Assembly: GCA_044373765.1 (NCBI GenBank) | Contig: JBILPP010000001.1 | Coordinates: 1 to 31,072 of the forward strand | Direction: 5' to 3' | Length of the DNA: 31,072 nt | DNA from: Bacteroidia bacterium | GTDB taxonomy: Bacteria > Bacteroidota > Bacteroidia > UKL13-3 | Part shown: positions 9,102 to 19,151 of the stretch, one piece after another | Layout of the letters: the number at the start of each line of letters is the position of its first letter | Numbering within the stretch: the first letter of the stretch is position 1 | The notes under the pieces: generated by a model | What the model saw: only the letters and a program-made list of their open reading frames with translations | Database searches by the model: none | What the model was told of the DNA's origin: nothing | Made by a program: the position numbers and the translations under genes

Positions 9102-9134
9102 CTTTCGCGCCTTAATTTTAAAAATCTTACGAAA

Positions 9135-9404
9135 TTACCAGCTGGCTTTCGTTACACCCGGGATTTTCCCCATCAATGCCATTTCACGGAATTGATTACG
9201 GCAAATACCGAAATCGCGCATATAACCTTTAGGACGACCTGTTAATTTACAACGATTTTTCAAACGAACAGGTGAAGAGTTACGAGGCAATTTTTGTATT
9301 GCATCAAAATCACCTGCTGCTTTTAAAGCCGCTCTTTTAACAGCATAACGTGCTACTAATTTCTCGCGTTTTACCTGACGAGCTTTTATTGATTCTTTAG
9401 CCAT
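9135..9404 (-). CDS. rpsN: 30S ribosomal protein S14 (89 aa, non-zinc long type)
   Basis: [38 protein letters not shown]. Confidence 0.98.
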   Translation of the reverse strand: MAKESIKARQVKREKLVARYAVKRAALKAAGDFDAIQKLPRNSSPVRLKNRCKLTGRPKGYMRDFGICRNQFREMALMGKIPGVTKASW

Positions 9405-9409
9405 TGTTC

Positions 9410-9955
9410 TTATTTTTTAAATGGTAAGCCAAATTCTTTTAACAAAGCATGGCACTCTTCATCAGTGGCAGCGGTAGTAACAAAAGTTATGTCCATACCA
9501 TTAATTCTACTTACTTTGTCGATTACAATCTCAGGAAAAATTATTTGCTCGGTAACACCCATGGTATAGTTACCACGGCCATCAAAACCTTTAACATTTA
9601 AACCTGCGAAATCACGAACACGTGGTAACGATACAGAAATTAAACGATCTAAAAACTCATACATCTTTACTCCACGTAAAGTTACGCGAGCACCAATGGG
9701 CATGTTCTCTCTTAATTTAAAATTAGAGATAGCTTTCTTTGATTTAGTTGGCACAGCTTTTTGACCAGCAATGATAGACATTTCTTCCACAGCTTGATCA
9801 ACAATCTTTTTATCAGCAACTGCCGCTCCCAAACCCTGGTTTAAACAAATTTTGGTTAAACGAGGCACTTGCATTACATTTTTGTAAGCAAACTTTTCTT
9901 GTAGAGCAGGTGCTACTGTTTTGCTGTATGTTTCTTTTAATCTTGGAGTATACAT
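9410..9955 (-). CDS. rplE: 50S ribosomal protein L5
   Basis: [38 protein letters not shown]. Confidence 0.98.
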   Translation of the reverse strand: MYTPRLKETYSKTVAPALQEKFAYKNVMQVPRLTKICLNQGLGAAVADKKIVDQAVEEMSIIAGQKAVPTKSKKAISNFKLRENMPIGARVTLRGVKMYEFLDRLISVSLPRVRDFAGLNVKGFDGRGNYTMGVTEQIIFPEIVIDKVSRINGMDITFVTTAATDEECHALLKEFGLPFKK

Positions 9956-9963
9956 ATCTAATA

Positions 9964-10302
9964 TTATTCTATTACCTCACCTGATTTTTTTGATACGCGA
10001 ACAATTTTACCCTCTGGGGTAACCTTGCGGCCTATACGGGTAGCATTACCCGATTTATCAACTACTTTTAAGTTTGAAATATTAATACGGGCTTCCTTCT
10101 TAATAATTCCACCTTGTTGATTTTGTGCGTTTGGTTTAGTGTGACGACTAACAATATTGATGCCCTCAACCAAAGCGCGTTTTTCAGTATTGAATACTTC
10201 AATAACGCGACCTTTCTTACCTTTATCATCACCGGTAATAACCAATACCATATCTCCTTTTTTTATGTGGAGTTTAGTTTGTTTGTTGTATTTTCTTTGC
10301 AT
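9964..10302 (-). CDS. rplX: 50S ribosomal protein L24
   Basis: [42 protein letters not shown]. Confidence 0.97.
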   Translation of the reverse strand: MQRKYNKQTKLHIKKGDMVLVITGDDKGKKGRVIEVFNTEKRALVEGINIVSRHTKPNAQNQQGGIIKKEARINISNLKVVDKSGNATRIGRKVTPEGKIVRVSKKSGEVIE

Positions 10303-10304
10303 AA

Positions 10305-10673
10305 TTACAATACCTCCGGTGCTAATGAAACGATTTTCATAAATTGCTTTTCACGTAGTTCACGAGCAACAGGGCCGAAAATACGTGTAGCTCTTGGTTC
10401 ATCTTGCGCGTTTAATAACACACACGAGTTATCATCAAATCTGATATATGAACCGTCTGCTCTTCTTACTTCTTTTTTAGTGCGAACGACAACCGCTTTT
10501 GAAACGGAACCCTTTTTTACAGTACCAGAAGGTATTGCACTTTTTACCGACACTACGATTTTATCGCCTACAGATGCATAACGTCTAGCTGTACCACCCA
10601 ATACTCTTATGCAAAGTACTTCTTTGGCACCACTATTGTCAGCAACTTTAAGTCTTGATTCTTGTTGTATCAT
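10305..10673 (-). CDS. rplN: 50S ribosomal protein L14
   Basis: [36 protein letters not shown]. Confidence 0.98.
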   Translation of the reverse strand: MIQQESRLKVADNSGAKEVLCIRVLGGTARRYASVGDKIVVSVKSAIPSGTVKKGSVSKAVVVRTKKEVRRADGSYIRFDDNSCVLLNAQDEPRATRIFGPVARELREKQFMKIVSLAPEVL

Positions 10674-10675
10674 GA

Positions 10676-10948
10676 TTACTTAGCTTTTTCGATAATTTCT
10701 ACTAATCTCCAACGTTTATCTTTGCTCAGCGGACGAGTCTCCATTAGCTTAACGATATCGTTAATACCACATTCGTTTTTCTCGTCATGGGCTTTAAATG
10801 TTGAGGTCATTTTGATGAACTTCCCGTACTTTGGGTGCATCACTTTACGCTCAACGGCTACAACTATGGTTTTTTGCATTTTATTGCTAACCACTTTACC
10901 GATGATAACCTTGCGTGAATTTCTTACTTCTGGTGCTGTTGTTTCCAT
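10676..10948 (-). CDS. rpsQ: 30S ribosomal protein S17
   Basis: [33 protein letters not shown]. Confidence 0.98.
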   Translation of the reverse strand: METTAPEVRNSRKVIIGKVVSNKMQKTIVVAVERKVMHPKYGKFIKMTSTFKAHDEKNECGINDIVKLMETRPLSKDKRWRLVEIIEKAK

Positions 10949-10956
10949 CTTAATTA

Positions 10957-11163
10957 TTATTGAGCATTTTGGCCTGCTAGTTGCCTGCTTTTTTGCTCTG
11001 TTAACAAACGAGCAATTAATTTTTTGCTGTCCTTTATAGTGTTAGTATTTTCTAACGGAGTAACTGCATGATTGAACATTGTTTTGGTCATTTGCAATCT
11101 TTCTGCTTTAATACGAACACCCAATTCCGTATTGGACAATTCTCTGATTTCTGTATTTTTCAT
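10957..11163 (-). CDS. rpmC: 50S ribosomal protein L29 (start moved to MKNTEIREL)
   Basis: EIRELS...[19 protein letters not shown], located between rplP and rpsQ. The ATG at 11163 lies just past the rplP stop. Confidence 0.92.
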   Translation of the reverse strand: MKNTEIRELSNTELGVRIKAERLQMTKTMFNHAVTPLENTNTIKDSKKLIARLLTEQKSRQLAGQNAQ

Positions 11164-11164
11164 C

Positions 11165-11584
11165 TTATGCCACGTAATCAGGTTTAACAATAAATTTGGT
11201 AGTTACTGGTAATTTTTGAGCAGCTAAACGCATAGCTTCTTTTGCAACGTCCATTGGCACACCATCTATTTCAAACATGATGACACCCGGTTTAATTGGA
11301 GCTACCCAGTATTCAGGAGCACCCTTACCCTTACCCATACGAACCTCTGCAGGTTTTTTAGTAATTGGTTTATCAGGGAAAATACGAATCCACACCTGAC
11401 CTTCACGTTTCATGTGACGTGTAAGTGCAATACGTGCTGCTTCCAGTTGCTTTGCTGTAATATACTTTGTTTCAATCGATTTTAAACCGAATGATCCGAA
11501 AGCTAAAACCGCTCCACGTGTAGCATTACCCTTTACACGGCCTTTTTGTTGCTTTCTATACTTTGTTCTTTTAGGTTGTAACAT
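11165..11584 (-). CDS. rplP: 50S ribosomal protein L16
   Basis: [35 protein letters not shown]. Confidence 0.98.
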   Translation of the reverse strand: MLQPKRTKYRKQQKGRVKGNATRGAVLAFGSFGLKSIETKYITAKQLEAARIALTRHMKREGQVWIRIFPDKPITKKPAEVRMGKGKGAPEYWVAPIKPGVIMFEIDGVPMDVAKEAMRLAAQKLPVTTKFIVKPDYVA

Positions 11585-11615
11585 TTCGATACTTATTTAT
11601 TCGTACTACCCTTAA

Positions 11616-12428
11616 TTAATTCTTTGGTTTTCTATCGCCAGCACCTCTTCTATCACCAGCTGGCTTTCTATCACCACGAGGCTTGTCATTCCTTCTATCA
11701 CCTCTTGGTCTGTCGCCTGCACTTCTTCTGTCATTACCACCACGGTTTCCACCACGTGGACCTTCAGTACTAGCAACACCTGCATTTGGAGACAAATCAC
11801 GTTTACCGTATACCTCACCTTTACAGATCCAAACCTTGATACCTATTTTACCATAAACGGTAGAAGCTTCAACAATAGCATAATCAATATCAGCACGTAA
11901 GGTATGTAGAGGTGTTCTTCCTTCTTTGTAAGATTCAGAACGTGCCATCTCAGCACCACCTAAACGACCAGATACCATAATTTTTATACCTTCAGCACCC
12001 ATTCTCATGGTGGAGGCTATTGAAGTTTTAAGAGCACGCTTGTAAGAAACACGAGCTTCTAGTTGACTAGCGATATTTTCACCAACTAAAGTAGCATCAA
12101 GTTCAGGACGTTTAATTTCAAAAATATTGATTTGAACATCTTTTTTGGTAAGCTTCTTAATCTCTTCCTTTATCTTATCTACTTCAGATCCTGCTTTACC
12201 AATTACGATACCAGGACGAGATGTATGAATAGTGATAATGATGCGTTTAATTGTTCTTTCGATTACAATACGAGCAATACCACCTTTTGCGATACGGGCT
12301 TTTAGGTATTTTCTGATTTTCTCATCTTCAATAAGTTTATCAGCAAAATTATTGCCACCGTACCAGTTAGATTCCCAACCTCTGATGATACCTAATCTTA
12401 AACCTATCGGGTTAACTTTTTGTCCCAT
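11616..12428 (-). CDS. rpsC: 30S ribosomal protein S3 with a long R/G/D-rich C-terminal tail
   Basis: [47 protein letters not shown]. Confidence 0.98.
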   Translation of the reverse strand: MGQKVNPIGLRLGIIRGWESNWYGGNNFADKLIEDEKIRKYLKARIAKGGIARIVIERTIKRIIITIHTSRPGIVIGKAGSEVDKIKEEIKKLTKKDVQINIFEIKRPELDATLVGENIASQLEARVSYKRALKTSIASTMRMGAEGIKIMVSGRLGGAEMARSESYKEGRTPLHTLRADIDYAIVEASTVYGKIGIKVWICKGEVYGKRDLSPNAGVASTEGPRGGNRGGNDRRSAGDRPRGDRRNDKPRGDRKPAGDRRGAGDRKPKN

Positions 12429-12440
12429 TCTGATTTAAAT

Positions 12441-12824
12441 TTATGCGTTATTATTATTTACTGTTTCAACAGTTGCAGCAATTTTGCTATCAACTACAAG
12501 CGTAACGTGATTAGAACGTTTTCTAATACGATATGCTCTACCTTGTGGAGCGGGTCTAACACGCTTCATCATTGCACCACCATCTACAAAAATAGTTTTC
12601 ACATATAACTGAGCGCCTTCAACATCAGCGCCTTCGTTTTTTTGTTCCCAATTGGCGATTGCCGAACGTAACAATTTATCTAAACGATGTGAGCTTTCTT
12701 TTTTGTTATTGAAACGAAGGATATTCATCGCTTCTCCTACACGCTTACCACGAACTAAGTCGGCAAGTAGCCTCATCTTACGAGGCGAAGTAGGACAGTT
12801 ATTTAATTTCGCTATTGCTTCCAT
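12441..12824 (-). CDS. rplV: 50S ribosomal protein L22
   Basis: [34 protein letters not shown]. Confidence 0.98.
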   Translation of the reverse strand: MEAIAKLNNCPTSPRKMRLLADLVRGKRVGEAMNILRFNNKKESSHRLDKLLRSAIANWEQKNEGADVEGAQLYVKTIFVDGGAMMKRVRPAPQGRAYRIRKRSNHVTLVVDSKIAATVETVNNNNA

Positions 12825-12830
12825 TATTCG

Positions 12831-13097
12831 TTAGTCTTTTTTAGTCGGGTGACTCTTGAATGTTCTGGTAGGTGCAAATTCACCAAGTTTGTGGCCTACC
12901 ATGTTTTCAGTTACATAAACCGGAATGAACTTGTTTCCGTTGTGCACTCCGAATGTATGACCTACGAAATCAGGTGTAATCATAGTTCTACGTGACCAAG
13001 TTTTAATCACCGATTTCTTTTTTGATTCGTTCATCGCTTGTACTTTTTTGTCAAGCTTAATATCAACGAATGGTCCTTTTTTTAGCGAACGAGCCAT
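12831..13097 (-). CDS. rpsS: 30S ribosomal protein S19
   Basis: [31 protein letters not shown]. Confidence 0.98.
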   Translation of the reverse strand: MARSLKKGPFVDIKLDKKVQAMNESKKKSVIKTWSRRTMITPDFVGHTFGVHNGNKFIPVYVTENMVGHKLGEFAPTRTFKSHPTKKD

Positions 13098-13103
13098 ATT
13101 CTG

Positions 13104-13928
13104 TTACTTCTTACGTCTTTCGATAATAAATTTATTTGAATGCTTTTTAGGCGTACGGGTCTTATAACCTTTCGCTATTAAGCCTTTGCGTGAGCGTGGG
13201 TGTCCACCTGAAGCTCTACCTTCACCACCACCCATAGGGTGATCGACAGGATTCATAGCTACCGGTCTCGTACGAGGACGGACACCTCTCCAGCGGTTTG
13301 CACCAGCCTTACCTTTTCGCTCTAAACTGTGGTCAGGATTAGATACCGAACCAATTGTTGCTAAACATGCAGCTACAATCATACGGGTCTCTCCTGATGC
13401 CAATTTAACAATAGCATATTTACCATCGCGATTTAACAATTGAGCAAAAGAACCAGCGGAGCGAACTAACTTTCCACCTTGACCAGGTTGTAATTCAACA
13501 TTATAAATTACTGTGCCCAAAGGGATTTCACTTAGCGGTAATGCATTTCCTATTTCAGGAGCAGCACCAGTTCCACTTAAAACAGTTTGGCCAACTTTCA
13601 AGCCATGAGGTGCAAGAATATATCTTTTCTCTCCGTCAGCGTAATGCAATAGAGCAATACGACCGCTACGATTTGGATCATATTCAATGGTTGCAACAAC
13701 AGCAGGAACTGTATGCTTATTGCGTTTAAAGTCGATGATACGGTATTTTTGCTTATGACCGCCACCTATGTAGCGCATAGTCATTTTACCAGAACCATTA
13801 CGACCACCACTTTTGCTTTGTTTTGCAATCAACGATTTTTCGGGTGTTGATGTCGTGATCTCCTCAAATGTATTCACTGATTTAAAGCGAGTACCAGGAG
13901 TCATTGGTCTAAATTTTCTAATTCCCAT
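13104..13928 (-). CDS. rplB: 50S ribosomal protein L2
   Basis: [30 protein letters not shown]. Confidence 0.98.
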   Translation of the reverse strand: MGIRKFRPMTPGTRFKSVNTFEEITTSTPEKSLIAKQSKSGGRNGSGKMTMRYIGGGHKQKYRIIDFKRNKHTVPAVVATIEYDPNRSGRIALLHYADGEKRYILAPHGLKVGQTVLSGTGAAPEIGNALPLSEIPLGTVIYNVELQPGQGGKLVRSAGSFAQLLNRDGKYAIVKLASGETRMIVAACLATIGSVSNPDHSLERKGKAGANRWRGVRPRTRPVAMNPVDHPMGGGEGRASGGHPRSRKGLIAKGYKTRTPKKHSNKFIIERRKK

Positions 13929-13949
13929 AATTACTTAAATATTCTTCAA

Positions 13950-14240
13950 TTATATGTTTGCGAAGAAGTCAATAGTTTGACCTTCTTTAACAGTGATAAT
14001 AGCTTTTTTTACTGATGGTCTTCTACCACTGAATTGTCCTCTCTTAGTGAAACGAGATTTAGCTTTACCTGCATAAATTGCAGTGCTTACACCTGTAACA
14101 GTAACATCATACATTTTTTCAATAGCTACCTTAATCTCAGGTTTATTAGCTGTCTTTTCTACTAAAAAACTATACTGATTAAGCTTTTCGCTTAAATGTG
14201 TAGATTTTTCAGTGATTAAAGGCTTTTTTAAAACGCTCAT
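13950..14240 (-). CDS. rplW: 50S ribosomal protein L23
   Basis: LKKPLITEKS, ANKPEIKVAIEKMY, KKAIITVK. Confidence 0.97.
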   Translation of the reverse strand: MSVLKKPLITEKSTHLSEKLNQYSFLVEKTANKPEIKVAIEKMYDVTVTGVSTAIYAGKAKSRFTKRGQFSGRRPSVKKAIITVKEGQTIDFFANI

Positions 14241-14245
14241 CTTAA

Positions 14246-14872
14246 TTAATTTAATGTTTCCACAATAATAGGTACCGAGTTCTCAAGCAAAATAACTTTG
14301 TTAGCATGCAAGATTTCGTAAGTATTGACGTCCTTTGCAGCTACAACCTTTGCCTTAGGCAAGTTGCGGCTTGAACGATAAATGCTTTCATTATACTCAG
14401 GTATAATCATCAACACTTTTTCATTTGCCAACTTCAAGTTATTTAAAAGAGTTATGTATTGTTTTGTCTTAGGAGCATCAAAACTGAAACTTTCTAATAC
14501 AGTAATATTGTTCTCTTTTACTTTGTAAGCAAAGGCCGATTTACGGGCAAGTTGCTTCAATTTTTTATTTAGCTTGAAACTGTAATCGCGAGGGCGAGGA
14601 CCGTGTATACGAGCACCACCAACGAAAGTACCACTCTTGATACTACCTTTACGAGAACCACCTGTACCTTTTTGGCGGTGTAACTTTTTGGTTGAACCGC
14701 TTACTTCACTTTTTTCTTTAGCTTTGTGCGTACCCTGACGTTGATTTGCCAAGTATTGCTTCACATCTAAATAAATAGCATGGTTATTTGGTTCTATACC
14801 GAAAGTATCTGCAGAAAGAGTTACTTTCTTACCGGTTTCTGTACCGTTTATATTCAATACTGCTAATTCCAT
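14246..14872 (-). CDS. rplD: 50S ribosomal protein L4
   Basis: RQGTHKAK, RQKGTGGSR, GGARIHGPRPRDY. Confidence 0.98.
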   Translation of the reverse strand: MELAVLNINGTETGKKVTLSADTFGIEPNNHAIYLDVKQYLANQRQGTHKAKEKSEVSGSTKKLHRQKGTGGSRKGSIKSGTFVGGARIHGPRPRDYSFKLNKKLKQLARKSAFAYKVKENNITVLESFSFDAPKTKQYITLLNNLKLANEKVLMIIPEYNESIYRSSRNLPKAKVVAAKDVNTYEILHANKVILLENSVPIIVETLN

Positions 14873-14873
14873 G

Positions 14874-15491
14874 TTATTTCTCGATAAAAACGATTGAGCC
14901 CTTAGAACCAGGTATGCTACCCTTAATAACTAGCAAATTTTGATCCTTCACAACTTTTAAAATTTCTAGGTTTGTCTTTTTCACACGGTCTCCACCAGTT
15001 CTTCCTGCCATACGCATACCTTTAAATACACGAGATGGATCTGATGAAGCACCTAATGAACCTGGAGCTCTTAGACGGTTATGCTGACCATGCGTTTGCA
15101 TACCAACACCGCTAAAGCCATGACGTTTAACAACACCTTGGAAACCTTTTCCCTTGGAAGTGCCGACAACGTCAACAAATTCTCCCTCAGCAAATAGGTC
15201 AACAGAAATTGTTTGTCCTAGTTCTAGTGTTTGTAAAAAGCCTGTAAATTCTACCAACTTACGTTTAGGTGTGGTATTAGCCTTTTTAAATATACCTATT
15301 TGCGCAGCGGGAGTGTTTTTTTCCTTACGATCTCCATACGCTAGCTGAACAGCAGTGTAGCCATCCTTTTCGGTGGTTTTAACTTGCGTTACCACACAAG
15401 GGCCCGCTTCGATAACCGTGCAAGCTACATTCTTACCGTTTTTATCGTAAATGCTGGTCATCCCAACTTTTTTTCCTATCAGTCCTGACAT
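14874..15491 (-). CDS. rplC: 50S ribosomal protein L3
   Basis: [35 protein letters not shown]. Confidence 0.98.
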   Translation of the reverse strand: MSGLIGKKVGMTSIYDKNGKNVACTVIEAGPCVVTQVKTTEKDGYTAVQLAYGDRKEKNTPAAQIGIFKKANTTPKRKLVEFTGFLQTLELGQTISVDLFAEGEFVDVVGTSKGKGFQGVVKRHGFSGVGMQTHGQHNRLRAPGSLGASSDPSRVFKGMRMAGRTGGDRVKKTNLEILKVVKDQNLLVIKGSIPGSKGSIVFIEK

Positions 15492-15503
15492 AATTTTCTA
15501 TGA

Positions 15504-15812
15504 TCAAACTTTAATTTCAACATCAACACCGCTTGGTAATTCTAATTTCATTAGTGCATCAACAGTTTTTGCGGTTGAACTGTAAATGTCCAGAATTCTT
15601 TTATAAGAGCATAACTGGAATTGTTCTCTGGCTTTCTTGTTAACATGCGGAGAGCGAAGAACTGTGTAAATTTTCTTTTTAGTAGGAAGTGGAATTGGTC
15701 CACTAACTACAGCTCCGGTAGATTTTACCGTCTTTACAATCTTCTCTGCCGACTTGTCAACCAGATTGTAGTCAAATGACTTAAGCTTGATTCTTATTCT
15801 TTGGTTAACCAT
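15504..15812 (-). CDS. rpsJ: 30S ribosomal protein S10
   Basis: [30 protein letters not shown]. Confidence 0.98.
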   Translation of the reverse strand: MVNQRIRIKLKSFDYNLVDKSAEKIVKTVKSTGAVVSGPIPLPTKKKIYTVLRSPHVNKKAREQFQLCSYKRILDIYSSTAKTVDALMKLELPSGVDVEIKV

Positions 15813-15816
15813 GATA

Positions 15817-17919
15817 TTAGGCTTTTGCTTTACCGTTTACTTTTGCTAAAACTTCTTCTTGTACATTACGAGGTGCTTCAGCGTAATGATCGAACTCCAT
15901 TGTGGAAGTTGCACGACCTGAAGACAACGTGCGTAATTGGGTTACGTATCCAAACATTTCTGCCAATGGCACTTTTGCTTTAATAACTTGTGAACCAGCG
16001 CGAGTATCCATTCCTTCTAATTGGCCTCTACGTTTGTTTAAGTCACCTATAACGTCACCCATATTCTCTTCCGGTGTAAGAACCTCTATTTTCATGATAG
16101 GCTCTAACAATACCGGACTTGCTTTGCGAGCTGCTTCTTTAAAGCCCATTTTAGCTGCCAATTCGAAAGATAGTGCATCCGAATCTACCGCATGGAATGA
16201 ACCATCGAACAAGCGAACCTTTAAACTCTCAATTGCGTATCCAGCAAGAACACCGTTATGCATAGCAGCTTTGAAACCCTTTTCAACTGAAGGGATAAAT
16301 TCCTTAGGAATTGAACCACCAACAATTTCATTTACAAATTCCAAACCAGGCTTATCAGCAGAACCAGGTATTATTTCGAACTGAATATCAGCAAACTTAC
16401 CCCTACCACCCGATTGTTTCTTATAAACTTCACGGTGAATAGTCGGTTTTTGAATATTTTCTTTATAAGAAACCTGAGGTGCACCTTGGTTACATTCAAC
16501 CTTAAACTCACGTTTCAAACGATCAACAATAATTTCCAAATGTAATTCACCCATCCCAGAAATAACAGTTTGACCTGTATCTTCATCTGTGTGAACACGG
16601 AAAGTAGGATCTTCTTCAGCTAACTTAGCTAAACTCATTCCTAATTTATCAACGTCAGCCTGTGTCTTAGGCTCAATAGCTAAACCAATAACTGGCTCAG
16701 GGAAATTCATTGCCTCCAATACAATTGGATGTTTCTCATCACAAAGTGTATCACCAGTTTTGATATCTTTAAAACCAACAGCTGCACCAATATCACCAGC
16801 ACCTAAACTATCAATTGGATTTTGTTTGTTCGCATGCATTTGAAAAATGCGAGAGATGCGTTCTTTATTTCCGCTACGCGTATTTAATACATATGATCCA
16901 GCATCCAATTTACCTGAATATGCACGCATGAAAGCTAAACGACCAACAAAAGGATCAGTTGCAATCTTAAATGCTAAAGCAGCAAATGGCTCATCATATG
17001 ATGGTTTACGGCTAACTTCAACGCCAGTATCAGGATTAGTACCAAAAATGCTTTCTTTATCCATCGGGCTAGGTAACAATTCCATAACTAAATCTAGCAT
17101 GGTTTGTACACCTTTGTTCTTGAATGATGAACCGCACAACATAGGAACGATTTTCATATCAACAACAGCTTTGCGCAATGCATCTAATATTTCACGCTCA
17201 GTAATTGATTTAGGATCTTCAAAGAATTTCTCCATTAAAGAGTCATCATATTCCGAAACCGCTTCCAACAATTTCTCTCTCCACTCTAAAGATTCCTCCA
17301 TCATATCAGCAGGAATCTCAATCTCTTGGAAAGTCATACCTTTATCGTGCTCATTCCAAACCATTCCGCGGAAATTGATTAAATCAACAACGCCTTTAAA
17401 TCCGTCTTCAGCACCAATAGGTAATTGTAAAGGAACAGCGTGGCTACCTAACATTTCTCTTACTTGTTTTACAACATTTAAGAAATCTGCACCAGAGCGA
17501 TCCATTTTGTTTACGAAGCCTAAACGGGCAACGTTGTAGTTGTTAGCTAAGCGCCAATTGGTTTCTGATTGAGGTTCAACACCATCAACTGCAGAGAACA
17601 AAAACACTAAACCATCTAGAACACGTAATGAACGATTTACCTCTACGGTAAAATCTACGTGACCAGGAGTATCAATAATATTGATATGGTAATTTTGACC
17701 ACGATATTTCCATGGCACAGTGGTTGCAGCCGAGGTAATTGTTATACCGCGTTCTGCTTCTTGTACCATCCAGTCCATTGTTGAAGCGCCATCATGCACT
17801 TCACCAATTTTATGGTTAACACCAGAATAATATAAGATACGCTCAGTTGTTGTGGTTTTACCCGCATCAATGTGAGCCGCAATTCCGATGTTTCTTGTTA
17901 ATGATAAGTCTCTTGACAT
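15817..17919 (-). CDS. fusA: Elongation factor G
   Basis: GTPase motifs [25 protein letters not shown] and NKMD; 700 aa. Confidence 0.99.
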   Translation of the reverse strand: MSRDLSLTRNIGIAAHIDAGKTTTTERILYYSGVNHKIGEVHDGASTMDWMVQEAERGITITSAATTVPWKYRGQNYHINIIDTPGHVDFTVEVNRSLRVLDGLVFLFSAVDGVEPQSETNWRLANNYNVARLGFVNKMDRSGADFLNVVKQVREMLGSHAVPLQLPIGAEDGFKGVVDLINFRGMVWNEHDKGMTFQEIEIPADMMEESLEWREKLLEAVSEYDDSLMEKFFEDPKSITEREILDALRKAVVDMKIVPMLCGSSFKNKGVQTMLDLVMELLPSPMDKESIFGTNPDTGVEVSRKPSYDEPFAALAFKIATDPFVGRLAFMRAYSGKLDAGSYVLNTRSGNKERISRIFQMHANKQNPIDSLGAGDIGAAVGFKDIKTGDTLCDEKHPIVLEAMNFPEPVIGLAIEPKTQADVDKLGMSLAKLAEEDPTFRVHTDEDTGQTVISGMGELHLEIIVDRLKREFKVECNQGAPQVSYKENIQKPTIHREVYKKQSGGRGKFADIQFEIIPGSADKPGLEFVNEIVGGSIPKEFIPSVEKGFKAAMHNGVLAGYAIESLKVRLFDGSFHAVDSDALSFELAAKMGFKEAARKASPVLLEPIMKIEVLTPEENMGDVIGDLNKRRGQLEGMDTRAGSQVIKAKVPLAEMFGYVTQLRTLSSGRATSTMEFDHYAEAPRNVQEEVLAKVNGKAKA

Positions 17920-17946
17920 TTTATATGTACTCTAAACTTTTATTAA

Positions 17947-18417
17947 TTAGCTAACTTTAAAGTGAGAGAATGCTTTGTTAGCTTCAGCCATTCTGTGTGT
18001 ATCTTCACGTTTTTTAACTGCAGCACCTTCGCCTTTTGAAGCAGCGATAATCTCACCAGCCAATTTATCTGACATTGATTTTTCGTTGCGTCTGCGAGAG
18101 TAGTCAATCATCCATTTCATTCCTACTGCAACTTTTCTATCCGCAGGTACTTCCATTGGAATTTGGAAAGTAGCACCTCCAACACGTCTTGCTTTAACCT
18201 CTACTGCCGGCATGATGTTATTAAGTGCTTTTTTCCAAACGTCAATACCACGTTCCTGAATTTTAGCCTCTACTTTATCAAGTGCAGTGTAAAATACATC
18301 ATACGCTGTACTTTTTTTACCATCCCACATTAGGTTATTTACAAACCTCGTTACCAAAATATCGTTGAATTTCGGATCTGGTAATAAAATGCGTTTTTTA
18401 GGTTTTGATTTTCTCAT
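17947..18417 (-). CDS. rpsG: 30S ribosomal protein S7
   Basis: RRVGGATFQIP, KKREDTHRMAEANKAFSHF. Confidence 0.98.
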   Translation of the reverse strand: MRKSKPKKRILLPDPKFNDILVTRFVNNLMWDGKKSTAYDVFYTALDKVEAKIQERGIDVWKKALNNIMPAVEVKARRVGGATFQIPMEVPADRKVAVGMKWMIDYSRRRNEKSMSDKLAGEIIAASKGEGAAVKKREDTHRMAEANKAFSHFKVS

Positions 18418-18440
18418 TGTATACTATCCCTAAATCTTAA

Positions 18441-18851
18441 TTATTTCTTTTTAGCTTTTGGATCAACCGCTACTTGACCAGGTTTTGGTTTTTTAGTACC
18501 ATACTTAGATCTGCGTTGGTTACGTCCGGCAACACCTGCGGTGTCTAATGCACCACGTACAATGTGGTAACGAACACCCGGTAAATCTTTAACACGACCA
18601 CCGCGAACTAACACGATAGAGTGCTCTTGTAAATTGTGACCTTCACCTGGAATGTACGCATTAACCTCGTTTCCGTTTGTTAAACGAACACGAGCCACTT
18701 TACGCATTGCTGAGTTAGGCTTCTTAGGAGTTGTTGTGTACACACGGGTACAAACGCCTCTGCGTTGAGGGCATGAATCTAAGGCTGGTGACTTACTTTT
18801 AGTAGTAATTTCGGTACGACCTTTTCTTACAAGCTGTTGTATAGTTGGCAT
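18441..18851 (-). CDS. rpsL: 30S ribosomal protein S12
   Basis: [35 protein letters not shown]. Confidence 0.99.
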   Translation of the reverse strand: MPTIQQLVRKGRTEITTKSKSPALDSCPQRRGVCTRVYTTTPKKPNSAMRKVARVRLTNGNEVNAYIPGEGHNLQEHSIVLVRGGRVKDLPGVRYHIVRGALDTAGVAGRNQRRSKYGTKKPKPGQVAVDPKAKKK

Positions 18852-18895
18852 ATTTTGCTTTAAAAAAACAGTTTATCTTAATTTTTAAGGGGAGG

Positions 18896-18926
18896 CAAAA
18901 GTAGATGTAATTATTATGCTATGCAA
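18896..18926 (-). promoter_or_regulatory. Proximal promoter candidate for the str/S10 supercluster
   Basis: TTG (18926-18924), a 20-nt spacer, then TACTTTTG (18903-18896); full consensus match. Confidence 0.75.
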
Positions 18927-19044
18927 GTGCCTGACAAAAAATATTTTAAATTTATTAAAATATTGCTTGCTGAGCGGGTTACAAAATAATTTAAACCATC
19001 AGACTTTAACATCCAAACCACAGAGTGGCTCTTAAAAGGGAATG

Positions 19045-19074
19045 CGAAGATAGACAACTTATTTATATCAACAA
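19045..19074 (-). promoter_or_regulatory. Distal promoter candidate for the str operon
   Basis: TTG (19074-19072), a 19-nt spacer, then TATCTTCG (19052-19045). It lies just downstream of the accC terminator. Confidence 0.5.
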
Positions 19075-19096
19075 GTTTTTAAACAAAAAAAGTCAT

Positions 19097-19134
19097 AAAA
19101 AAGCCTGACTCCCTTTTAGGACGAGTCAGGCTTT
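19097..19134 (-). terminator. Intrinsic terminator after accC
   Basis: 12-bp perfect inverted repeat aaagcctgactc (19100-19111) / gagtcaggcttt (19123-19134). The A6 run at 19097-19102 gives a U-tract on the minus strand. Confidence 0.85.
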
Positions 19135-19151
19135 GATATAAATTTAATTTA

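Noticed and set aside
9956-9982. GAGGU motifs upstream of rplE (9974-9978) and rpsK (~4305-4309)
   Set aside because: They lie 17-18 nt from the start codons, too far to act as SD sequences.
11612-11818. 68-aa alternative-frame ORF over the rpsC tail with repeated VIE units
   Set aside because: A frame-shifted reading of the GDR-coding repeat; no evidence it is a separate gene.
15813-15816. No tuf between fusA and rpsJ; str and S10 operons are fused
   Set aside because: This is the usual Bacteroidota arrangement, not novel.
15902-17539. Long plus-strand ORFs (160 aa and 230 aa) antisense to fusA
   Set aside because: Shadow ORFs of a highly expressed gene: Ser/Ile/Thr-rich, no recognisable motifs, fully nested opposite EF-G.
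18560-18740. Possible streptomycin-resistance substitutions in S12
   Set aside because: The PKKPNS and RVKDLPG motifs are wild type.
18852-19151. tRNA, riboswitch or CRISPR array in the largest intergenic regions
   Set aside because: No cloverleaf or TTCRA/CCA signature, no riboswitch consensus I recognise, and no regularly spaced repeats here or elsewhere in the window.
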